A DNA stretch of 56,766 bases, filler included, from Mitosporidium daphniae (lineage: Eukaryota), in NCBI RefSeq assembly GCF_000760515.2. It is 2 parts of 2 records of this genome, joined end to end, with 100 filler letters (N's around TTAATTAATTAA, not from the genome) between each part and the next. Parts side by side here need not be neighbours in the genome. Positions count along the whole stretch, not along the records: positions 28,494 to 56,766 come from NW_013546167.1; 1 more part is not named here. One strand, 5' to 3'. A program made the translations under genes and the position numbers. Below, one piece after another: positions 46,823-56,766 of the stretch. Numbering within the stretch: position 1 is the first letter of the stretch; every line of letters starts with the position of its first letter. Under the pieces are notes generated by a model. The model saw only the letters and a program-made list of their open reading frames with translations, did not search any database and had not been told where the DNA came from.

Positions 46823-47778
46823 TTAGTCCCCAAACAGGGTTCGCTTTCCTGAAAAGGGCACGGCTTTTGATCTGCTCTCCGCAGCCTTCCAGCTGGGGTG
46901 TTTATCTGCAGAAGCGGGGGTTTTATCTGCAGAAGTGGGGGTTTTATCTTCATAAATGGGGTGTTTATCAGCAAAACCGGCGCGTTTATCAGCAAAACCG
47001 GCGCGTTTATCCGCAGAACCGGCGCGTTTATCCGCAGAACCGGCGCGTTTTTCCTGGTTATCGAAATAGTTTATCTTTTTTCGCCGAGTGTCCTCGCCAT
47101 CGTGGGCGTCATCGTTTTCGCGTTTCAAGCTGTAAGGGGCTTTTTGTTCACCACCGTGCTGATTTTCATTCGCGCTATTTGGCATTTTAGCTTTAAACAA
47201 TTGCGCCTGTGAAGCTTTCTGGCAACTAGTAATTGCTTCGTGAAGCACTTGAGTATCTGCAAGCAGTTCCTTTTTGAATTCTTCAAAAAGCGTGCTTAGA
47301 GATCGTTGCAGCTTTTTTTTGCAGAAAATCCCGTTTTCGCTGTCTGTCAACTTGACTTGTGCTGTAAACGAAAGTTTCTTTTCTAATATCGGACGCGCCC
47401 CAATAACAAGCGGGCATTCTTCCACCTCCAACTCCCAGAAGTTTAATATCATTTCTTGGAGATTTACTAACTGCGCGCTGTAATTTTTCACCTCGTCAGC
47501 AATCTTTGGCAACTCAAAGTCGGCTATCCAGCCAAGCATCTTTTGAATGGCTCTCACATAAATGTTTTCATGACATAACCTGCAATAAAATAAACTCGAC
47601 TGTACCCTTTATCAGAGGGGCTCATCTTTGAAATAACTGAAGCTGCTTGTTTTCTAGTGTAATACTTGCTCAAATTAAAAAAGTTATCGTGGTACCCATT
47701 TCCGTAGGAGCTTTTGAACCACAAAATTTGAAAGTTCTCGAAATATCTCAAGCTTTTTTTCTGCACTTGAATGGCCAT
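46823..47778 (-). CDS. Hypothetical protein with C-terminal 7-aa repeats (possible 29-nt intron)
   Basis: ORFs 47554..47778 and 46823..47557 can be joined in frame by GTTATG...GAGAG. Confidence 0.4.
46895..47050. repeat. 21-bp coding tandem repeat, about 7 copies (SADKRAG/SADKTPA)
   Basis: TTTATC recurs every 21 bp from 46901 to 47027. Confidence 0.9.
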
Positions 47779-47972
47779 ATTTTAGTTTCGAGTGAGACTT
47801 AATAATAGGTGTACAACCCAACTACATTAAAAGAAGAGGAAATAAATCGCATATACCTTTGCCTGCAATAGGCTTATATTGATAAGAAGGTTTTTCATTG
47901 AAAAGTAATAATAAAATATTCAGGTTAAATAAATTCATTGTTAATATAAAACACTTTTCCAGTCAAAGTGGA

Positions 47973-48057
47973 CTCGGGGTAGCTCAGTTGGTAGAGCGGT
48001 AGACTGTAGTTGAAAGCTGATATCTATAGGTCGCTGGTTCAAATCCGGCTCTCGAGA
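47973..48057 (+). tRNA. tRNA-Tyr(GTA) with a 12-nt intron (48010-48021)
   Basis: CTCGGGG/TCTCGAG acceptor with C1-G72 and A73, GTAGA-CTGTAG..A-TCTAT, TTCAAAT T-loop, T-run after. Confidence 0.93.
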
Positions 48058-48068
48058 ATTTTTATTGT

Positions 48069-49205
48069 TCATTTTAATAGCAAAGATTCATAATTTAAAA
48101 TCACCTCTTGCAGGGGAATAAATGAACCGGGCTTCAACCTGCAAGCAAGAGCCTTTAAGAAGCAAGCAAGCTCATTTTTTGCTATATCCAGCGAGCTTCG
48201 GGGTTTATCTGTAACAAAAGCCATGAATTTGTCCCCACTAGTTTTGGAGATGTAGTTATGTTCTAATATATAATGAACGATATGAATGTGTGATTGTAAA
48301 TATACAGTAAAATTAGCAAGGAATTCCGGATTGCTAACAAGATAAAATGAATGCGTATGTGTGCTATCTGCTGTCTTAAATATGGCAATTGGGGTATAAA
48401 ACTCCAATAAAAAAGAATCGTCACTCAGGTCCAAAGATTTTGAATAAACATCCTTTTTAAAAAAAGACAATAAGAAAGGATGAATAAGGGACCGTTGGAG
48501 ATTGAGCAGCAGACTTTTTTCCAGAAAAGGCAGCTTTAAGATAGAGCCCGAAATGGCAAGTTTAAGAACGAAGTTCGGAGTTTCAAAATAAATAGAGATG
48601 TTATTGCTTAGCCAGGTATAGAAATCCATACCGGATAATATATTCTTTGGGATGCATTGAGAAGATGAGCTTAACAGAAACTTTGTTTTGACACTTCCCC
48701 AATCAGATTGGGAGCTTAGGAGCGAAAGAGACCTAAAAGAAGAGGCCTCGGCGGGGATTTCTTTGGAGAAATCATATTCAGCATCATACTTTCGTAAGAT
48801 GGCGGTATAAATGGAATCCTCCGATTGAAGCTCCTTTTGCAATTCCGTTTTAACAATATTAGAATTTGATAATAGCTCGCTGTGTTGAGAAATTTCCAAT
48901 ATTGACATGGTAATTTCCTCTTCTTTCTTCTCGATTTGGCTAAGATTTTCTATCAAAATACTATTGGCAGTCTTTTGCTTTATAAGACTGTCAAATTTGA
49001 TGCATTTCCTAATTGGTATGGATCTTTTGGATATTGACCCAGCATGAATCCTCTGAAGGTGAGAATATTCTGGTTCAATTAAAAGTTCCGAATCATCCTC
49101 GTCCTCGTCCTCTTCATCTGATTTTACTCTGCCCTTTCCAACTCGATTGGTAGGCTTGCATGAGGACAAGGAAGACGCAGGGGAGCACCGTATTACGACT
49201 TCCAT
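48069..49205 (-). CDS. Hypothetical protein (378 aa)
   Basis: Long ATG ORF divergent from PUP3; no confident family. Confidence 0.65.
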   Translation of the reverse strand: MEVVIRCSPASSLSSCKPTNRVGKGRVKSDEEDEDEDDSELLIEPEYSHLQRIHAGSISKRSIPIRKCIKFDSLIKQKTANSILIENLSQIEKKEEEITMSILEISQHSELLSNSNIVKTELQKELQSEDSIYTAILRKYDAEYDFSKEIPAEASSFRSLSLLSSQSDWGSVKTKFLLSSSSQCIPKNILSGMDFYTWLSNNISIYFETPNFVLKLAISGSILKLPFLEKSLLLNLQRSLIHPFLLSFFKKDVYSKSLDLSDDSFLLEFYTPIAIFKTADSTHTHSFYLVSNPEFLANFTVYLQSHIHIVHYILEHNYISKTSGDKFMAFVTDKPRSSLDIAKNELACFLKALACRLKPGSFIPLQEVILNYESLLLK

Positions 49206-49250
49206 AAAATTAAAATCATTGAAAATTTTAGAATTTATTAATTGTACACA

Positions 49251-49910
49251 ATGGGCAGTGATCCAACCACTTATAATGGAGGTTCTCTTGTAGCAATGTG
49301 TGGCAAGAACTGTGTTGCCATTGCCTCTGATCTTCGTTTTGGTATACAGGCAATGACTGTCGGAATGGATTTCCCAAAAATATTTCCCTTGGATGATGAT
49401 TCGGGCCCAAAGCTTTGTGTTGGCCTGTCCGGATTAGCCAGCGACGTCCAAACGCTTTCCACTGCCATTAAGGCCTTTACCAAGTCTGCCCTTATTGAGT
49501 CACAGGGATCTTTTCCTACATCTCTACTTCGCCCATCCACTTTGGCTTCGAGAATATCAACTATGCTTTATGGCCAACGATTTTCACCATGGTTCGTAGA
49601 ACCCATTATTGCTGGAATAGACGAGTCATTTGATGGAAACAATTCACCATTTATTTGTTCAATCGATCTGCTCGGCTCAATTAGCATTGCAAACGATTTT
49701 GTTACCTCTGGCACGGCTTCATCTTCGCTTTCCGGCATTTGTGAGTCACTCTGGGCTCCTGACATGGATCAGGAACAATTATTTGAGGCCGTTTCGCAAG
49801 CTCTTCTGTCAGCCATGGGTAGAGATGCATTAAGTGGCTGGGGTACTGTAGTCCATATAATAACTCCCGAAGGAAGAACCATACGTCATGTTGAATGTAG
49901 AATGGACTAG
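49251..49910 (+). CDS. PUP3: Proteasome subunit beta 3
   Basis: YNGGSLVAMCGKNCVAIASDLRFGIQ, GLASDVQT, CESLW.PDM, RDALSGWG, RMD end. Confidence 0.96.
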   Translation: MGSDPTTYNGGSLVAMCGKNCVAIASDLRFGIQAMTVGMDFPKIFPLDDDSGPKLCVGLSGLASDVQTLSTAIKAFTKSALIESQGSFPTSLLRPSTLASRISTMLYGQRFSPWFVEPIIAGIDESFDGNNSPFICSIDLLGSISIANDFVTSGTASSSLSGICESLWAPDMDQEQLFEAVSQALLSAMGRDALSGWGTVVHIITPEGRTIRHVECRMD

Positions 49911-49964
49911 GACTGAGTTCGTGTCAATAATAAACCCTGAACTAATAGCCTTAATGTGCGATAC

Positions 49965-50213
49965 TCAAAAGGCCTCCGTTGAATACAATACAATGGCAGA
50001 GAAAAAAATTACAAATAAAGTGAAAATAAAACCAACGCAGGCAAGAGCCTGGGCATAATTTAAAGGCAAATGTTTGGGGCGCCAGACGTTACATCCAGAA
50101 TAGCTGTCCATAAAATGCACCGTATGGAACGTTCCTAATGTGCTTTTAGCGGCCTCGTTGCTGCTCATCAAAATAGGATCAACTATTATTTCTGTCAAAG
50201 GAATATCCTGCAT
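49965..50213 (-). CDS. Small hypothetical protein with a C-terminal transmembrane helix
   Basis: ATG after an AATTTT context; hydrophobic ALACVGFIFTLFVIFFSAIVLY. Confidence 0.4.
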   Translation of the reverse strand: MQDIPLTEIIVDPILMSSNEAAKSTLGTFHTVHFMDSYSGCNVWRPKHLPLNYAQALACVGFIFTLFVIFFSAIVLYSTEAF

Positions 50214-50440
50214 AATTAAAATTTCAAAATTGACAAATGATGGAGTCTTTATACACATTTGTTGAGCCAATTAAACCTGCTAGTGTAATTGTGGTGAATG
50301 ATAAATTTCATGCCAACTTTGAAATTTTAACTTTTGATAAATTGCAACTTCTGGCGTTTATTATTTTAATACACCAAAATGGCATTTTGGTCAATATGCA
50401 ATCGTTGCCATTGTGCCAAATTTTCTAAATTTGAATTTTT

Positions 50441-52036
50441 ATGCTCCAGGCATTGTATTTACTTGATCACAAGGGAAAGCCATTGATATCAAGATGCTAT
50501 AGAGGACCGTTCCCTCAGCATATAATAGAAAAATTCATGGCGCTTTTGAAGACCACGGAAGAAAAGCTTCAATGCGCACCGCCAATTATTTCATCGGGCC
50601 CACCAGACGAGGGCATTTACTATCTATATGTCAGAATGGGAAATATTTTTGGTATTTGTGGTATATTGTGATCATTAGTCGTTGGGGTAACCACTTGTAA
50701 TGCCAATGCAGCTTCTATTTTTGTTTTCCTTCATAAATTTCTGGAGGTTTTTGAAATATCTTATTTTAGGTTCTAAAGGGATATTTTAAGGTTATTGAGG
50801 AGGAAACTATACGGGACAATTTTGTACTCATTTATGAGCTTCTTGATGAAATGGTGGATTGGGGGTATCCGCAATTTACAGAAACTCCCATCCTTAAAGA
50901 GTAATGTTTGTTTTTCTGACTGTGTGTAGATATATTACACAGCGAGGATTTAGATTTATTACACGCCAAGAGCATCCTCCGGAAAGCATCACTTCAAATA
51001 TTTCTTGGCGGTCCGAAGGAATTAAATACAGGAAAAATGAAGTCTTTTTAGACTTGGTTGAGAACTTGAATTTATCGGTAAAAATGTTCCCTTCATTGTA
51101 GGTTAATTCGAATGGACACGTCATCTCTTCTGATATCACCGGAATTTTAAGAATGAAATGTGACTTAAGTGGAATGCCAGAGCTGCGCTTAGGTAGGAAA
51201 ATCGATGACATTTGGTTAGGCCTTAATGATAAAATATCCCTGACGCCAATGAATGGGAGTGGGCTTGTGTGTCCTACCGGTATAGAGTTAGAGGATATAA
51301 AATTTCATCAATGTGTGCGTCTAAACATGTTTGACCAGGACCGAACGATCTCGTTTATCCCACCTGACGGCGAATTTGAGTTGATGAGATACCGGCTTTC
51401 CGTTATTCCTGGGTCTTCTCATGAAGCAATCGGGACGCAGCCGATACTTTCATCGACCGGAAATAACATGCCGCTTATCTGGGTCGAGTGTACCACGATT
51501 TGCCATTCTGAGACTAGAACAGAGTGCTTTTTGAAGGCTAAGGCCAATTTTTTGAAAAAATATGTTGCCACCGGAGTGGAAGTTCATATTCCCGTGCCTT
51601 ATGATATTTTTGCCCCCAAATTCAAGGTATCATTTCGGTCGCGTCAACTGCTAGACTAACCACGGAAATGGCAAATATTCTCCAGAAAAAAACATCATCA
51701 TTTGGAAGATAAAGCAATTTCCTGGAGGAAAGGAATATTGGTTTAATGTGGAGTACAGCATGCCCACAATCAAAGAGCCACCATCATTGCCAGGGGCGCA
51801 AATTTCATCGACCACCTTGATTGCTCAGAAGGCTCCAATTAGCGTCATTTTCGAGATACCATACTACGCCGTTTCCGGTCTTTCGGTAAAATATTTGAAG
51901 ATTATCGAGGACTCTGGATACCAAGCTGTGCCTTGGGTACGGTATTTGACTCGTAATGGAAGTAAGGGCGAATTTCCTTTTCTTAGATGTTCACTTCAAA
52001 ATGCCGATCCCCATCAAGACAAGTGCTGCTGATTGA
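50441..52036 (+). CDS. APM1: AP-1 complex mu subunit, 7 tiny introns
   Basis: [79 protein letters not shown]. Confidence 0.92.
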
Positions 52037-52059
52037 ATAGATTGATATTAAAGCTTTAA

Positions 52060-53190
52060 CTACCCCAACAGTTTTATTAGTTTGTCTAAAATGTTCAATT
52101 GGCCCCTTTTGCCCTCAAAAGCGTTCATGTGGTCTTGGAGGACACACCGCTGAATGGACAATGTTAGCAGGGCATCAAACGAAGAAATGGGCTGCCGATT
52201 CTCCATAGAGATGTAAAGCCTCTTTCCAGAAAGTGTAAATAAAAAGCCGGAATGGCATATCTCCACAGGAATGGCCTTTAAAGCTTCATTTAGAATCTAG
52301 CAATTAAAGCCATCAAATACTCTTGTGTAAATCTCCTCGTCTAAAAGATACCTTCTGGCTCTTAATAGCTTTGTATTAAAATCTGTTGACGATATTTTCC
52401 CATTTTCTGTGGGCGGCAGTTCCCGATTGTCTGTGGGCGGAATTTCCCCACCATCAACTTGCCTTTCAAATGAATGTTGTAAGCCCATGCTGCTGTCTGT
52501 TATGCTAATGTTGAGCCGGCGATTTTCAAGATGGAGGGGTGGTATTTCTTTCAATACTACCTCATTTGACAGCGTATCAATTGCAAGCTTAGCATACTTA
52601 TGATTGGGTGAATGCTCGGAACCGCACTTGATATGGGAATAATCTATCAGGAAAAAGGCATCATTGCCAGTGAAAGAGATATTTGATGGAGTAAAAAACC
52701 AGCCGTCTGCGATCAGACTTTTTGCGGTCGCAATCAATTTGTTGTGTAAAGCTGCTGATGTGGAGTTTTTCACAGCCTTTGATGCCAATACGGAGGCTAC
52801 TTCGGATAATTGCTAACCAGCATCAAAGGAAATCGTTACCTTAATACAAAGACCATATGACAAGGCCAAGTTGTGGGCGAGTACAAAGTTCCGCTGCTTT
52901 TGAAGACGTATTTTCTGAAATTCCAGCATCTTGCCCTCTTTGTTTGAATTCAGTGCATCAAGTAAGATCTCCAATTCAGAACGAGCATGACTAAAGTAAA
53001 ATGAAATCTAACAACGGAACTACGTCAAATTGCCCAGCAAAATGGATACCCGATTTTTCTGTTCATCTTGAGAAGAACCGCTCAAATTTGATGGCACAAT
53101 ATTCTCCGTAGAGAGGGAATACACAATTGGCCCAAAGTCAATATGCTCCAAGTGATCCATTACATCGTTATTAAAATGAGGCCCAGACAT
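52060..53190 (-). CDS. MED17: Probable Mediator subunit Med17 (3 introns)
   Basis: Spliced ARSELEILLD, IDYS...GS, LLRARRYLLDEEIYTRILNEA resemble Med17 blocks. Confidence 0.5.
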
Positions 53191-53258
53191 TTTGGATAAA
53201 AATTGCAATTTAAAATTAGAAGCAATCCGAAGCTGATTTTTGCACTTTATTATCAGTT

Positions 53259-54824
53259 ATGAATCGACTAAATCCCAGGTTCATATTGATGTTGGCAACT
53301 TTATTGTCGCTTTGCTTTATCGAGACGTGCTACTCTTCATTCCATATAAACTCTGTAACTACCTTTATCGATATATCGCATCACGTTCGAGTAAATAGCA
53401 TCATCAAAATTGATCCATTGCCCTCCGGTCATCACTCGTTCAGGCTGTGTCTCGATGCTGGGCTTATTGATAGTCTTGTATTATTTACATTGAAGATTTC
53501 GGAGAATACAATTGAGCCCTCGAAAAGCGAAATTGACGCGTCTAGGTAGTTTCAATTTCTGATATATTAGATCTCACAAAACTTTCTATTTCGATTTTGA
53601 CCTTGATGGTCCTTCTGTAGTGGATCAGATGATCGCTACTATTATGCTTGGAAGTCCGGGAGTTCCTTCTTTTGATATTACCAACTATCATGACAAACCC
53701 ACGTATAAATTTGCCATCCCATCAGTTTTATTGATGCCTTATGATGTCGATTTTGAGACTACTAAGCTCAGGTATTTGGCGGCTTAATATTTTCTTTAGA
53801 TTTTCAAACTGTGATCCCTTAAGCTTGCCGCCTAGCTTTGTATCAACGGGAAACACGTTCACTTTGCCCCTATCAAATGTTCCTGCCATGACCAACAAGC
53901 TCGAACCGTTTGAGGTGGTCAATAGATCCCCAAAGCTTCAATTTTTCAAGTATCCAATGATTGCTTACTTTCCGTAGCTATTCACGAAACATCCAAGTTT
54001 CATACAAAGATCTGTTTGTTACGGAAAAGATAGACTTGAAAAACTTGGGACCCAGGTAAGCATTATTTATTACTGACATGTGTTATCAGCCTTGCATCCC
54101 CCTTTACTAGACTTCGATATGCCTATACTAATATTCAGAGCATCCATTGTGCTATGAAAGATATGCCATTCATACTCCCTTCAGATGCATATGATGTTAC
54201 CTACAGGGACGAAGTTGGTCTTATTTCAACCAGTGATTTCATCGAACATGAAGGGATGACAATCTTTAATTGTAGACCTCGATATCCAGTTTTTGGAGGT
54301 TGGGCCTCTTCATTCGAGATCCACTATAAGCTTCCGATTGCTGATCGACTTCATAAGACAAAATCTGGTGTTCATTATGTCGAATTGAAAGTGGGCCAAC
54401 TCGCCCTGGATGCCATTACTTCCTCATTTAAAATGGACATTGTGCTTCCGGAAACTTCAAAGTATAATGTGTGCTTTTAACCTCTTAGATTGTTGGCACA
54501 TAACTATAACAAAATTGGATTTAAAACGTCCATTCTTACGTTTAGGACAAATCTGGGGATTTTTGACAGCCCAGTGATTCAAATTACCTCCAACAACGTA
54601 CTTGACGACCTTCTTGGAGATGAAATTAAAGTATGTTTAGTTACTTTTTAACTGTTAAGATTGAATTCGAGTATTCTTTGACCCAATCCTTCATGTCCAA
54701 ATGCTTCTTTCTTTACATGGTCTTTCAACTTCTTTTCATAGCGTTCATTTGCTACAAATTGGTCAGAGCCTTTATATCCAAATTAATCAAACCATCCAAA
54801 GCGCTAGATAAGAAACTTCAGTGA
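53259..54824 (+). CDS. OST1: Ribophorin I / Ost1, multiple tiny introns
   Basis: Signal peptide, YRDEVGLISTS, PRYPVFGGW, IVLPE, C-terminal TM helix. Confidence 0.88.
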
Positions 54825-54919
54825 AGTATTCAATAAAATGCAAAATTTTATTTTCCTAAATCATTTGGTTCGCAATGCCACATAATAAAACCCTAATAAC
54901 AAAAAGCACGGAAAAATAA

Positions 54920-55038
54920 AACCTACAGCACGGAGTATTCCCATGCGGTCACCCATCATAGTACTGACTCCGCCAGCACTGGCTTGACTTCGGGGATCGG
55001 ACGAAACCCGGTGTTTTCCAGTGTGTATGGCCGTAGAT
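54920..55038 (-). rRNA. 5S rRNA (solitary copy)
   Basis: ATCTACGGCCATAC...CGTCCGATC..CGAAGTCAAGC...AGTACTATGATGGGTGACCGCATGGGAATACTCCGTGCTGTAGGT, then a T-run. Confidence 0.93.
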
Positions 55039-55128
55039 ATTTGTACTTTTGTTACAAATTATACATACGTTAATAAATGCAATGCATATTGACAGCACTC
55101 TAATTAAATTTTTTGATTGCATTTGCAT

Positions 55129-56647
55129 ATGCATCTTCAGCGGGAACACTTAACGCCCCTCGTTAGCTTGAACGATCAAAAAGAGCCAGCGTTGCCGTCA
55201 GAGTCTAAATATACACATACCATTTCAGAGAGTAGACCCAATTGTTCTTCTGATACTATTTTGTATGTTTCAGTTCTTTATTTTAGTTTTGCTCTGGATG
55301 ATGCGTTAAATTTTTCCAGATTGGCTGCCAAGTCTTTATCGCAAGATGAATTTTCGTTGTGTTTCGAGCCGAAGGATGTTCGGGACATTTCAACGTTAAG
55401 TGGGAATTTCAAGACCCTTCTCCCAACGGCCATTCTGACCCTTTGTTATATTTGTGGGATATTCATAAGATATTGCATATTATTTCCAATGAGGTGCTGC
55501 TTTAGCGCTTATTAGCTTTAGGTTGGGATTTCTGTTTTCATCTACGATTCTCCTTGGCCTTTGCGTTCCCTTCGTATTGGCGATCAATAATCCTTGCTTG
55601 ACCAGGGTTTTCTTCTTAATAATATCGAAAAGTTGGGCCTTTTCGGCTTCAGCTGTGCTTCGACATCACGGAGAAAAGCCTGATCTTTTGGGAAAGATCC
55701 CACACATATTCGTATCTAATCACACATCGTTTATTGATTTTGTTCTTCTATCCTCACACAAGATTCCACATGCAACAGTTGCTCAAACACATGGCGGCCT
55801 TTTCGGAATTGTTCAAAAGTACCTTTTATCGATCATAGGATCTCTTTCATTCCAGCGGAACGAAAAAAAAGATCGAACATTGCTTACTAAAAAACTTCAA
55901 AATCACGTCAAGAACATCAAAAATGCGGCACCCATTCTCATATTCCCTGAAGGAACTTGTGTCAACAACGATTATACCGTTCTTTTCCATAAGGGGGCCT
56001 TTGAACTGGGAGTTGCCGTGTGTCCAGTTGCGATAAAGTAGAGACATCTTATTTTACCAGATAGGTACAACAAGAAACTGGTAGATCCGTATTGGAACAC
56101 AAAGGAGCAAACTTTCACATATCACGCTTTGTATTTGATGACAAGATGGATGGTCGTTGCAGATATTTGGTGGCTGCCTCCTCAATACATTAAAGATGGA
56201 GAGGATGCAATTGATTTTGCCAATCGAGTGAAGGGAATGATATCCTCAATAGCAGGATTGAAAAATTTGTCTTGGGACGGTTACCTAAAGAACTACATGG
56301 CCGTCAAAGACCAGTCCAAATTACGCCAAAAAAGCCAAAAGACTTATGGATCGTCACTTACCTATCGCATTGCAAGGTCCCGCCAAACTCCAGACACCAG
56401 CCCCATCTTAAGCGATACCGAAGTTCCCAGCGTGTCGTTGAACACGGACCCAATGAATTTGGCTGATAGCGAGGAGTATACCCACAAAAGCGCTGATGAT
56501 TCGCCCAAGGCTGTTGAAAACGCAGAAGACATCATGACGACAGAAAATCCCAAATGGCTCTCCTTGGATTTAACTGTGGATGTAAAGAACAAACTGCTCA
56601 AAGCTTCCACTGCCACCCGAAACACTCATTCCATGCCCACTCTGTGA
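55129..56647 (+). CDS. Glycerol-3-phosphate acyltransferase GPAT3/4 (plant GPAT9)-like, spliced; 3' end uncertain
   Basis: FVSNHTSFIDF, HGGLFG, LIFPEGTCVNN, FHKGAFEL, PVAIKY, WDGYLK. Confidence 0.88.
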
Positions 56648-56766
56648 GGGATTTTACAAAAATGTCGGAGATAAAGGGGACCTTGCTAAGATTTCAACAT
56701 CTAGTTCCTTTTCTATCTTCCCAATACCAAGCTTTGCAAAAAGCAATTACTTAATAGATTAGAAAT

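Noticed and set aside
48069..49205. DONSON-like identity (DWGSVKTKFLLSSS)
   Set aside because: Only one weak motif; needs a profile search
54955..55015. Hammerhead-like CTGA...GAAA on the + strand
   Set aside because: Lacks CUGANGA and is the antisense of the 5S rRNA

Overview
Eukaryotic, very gene-dense DNA with about 38 protein genes, tRNA-Thr(AGT), an intron-containing tRNA-Tyr(GTA) and a solitary 5S rRNA gene. Intergenic spacers are often 1-150 bp and the many spliceosomal introns are mostly 23-36 nt. Tiny introns, AAATTT-rich start contexts and retained mitochondrial genes (TRAP1, Dss1-like RNase II, ABC1 kinase, SLC25 carrier) suggest an early-diverging microsporidian/cryptomycotan such as a Mitosporidium-like organism (inference, not verified). 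A 100-bp N/TTAATTAATTAA linker at 28394-28493 joins two contigs. The most unusual signal is splicing, deduced by restoring conserved protein motifs by hand: a 29-nt AT-AC intron in BUD20, two abutting 28-nt GT-AG units with a zero-length exon in AspRS, three GC-AG introns and an apparent GT-CG intron. Also notable are a secreted GT61 + O-fucosyltransferase fusion, a WNK kinase with an altered DLG motif, and possible cytosol/mitochondrion retargeting of GOT2 and AspRS. Gene identities come from recalled motifs, and intron calls need RNA evidence.
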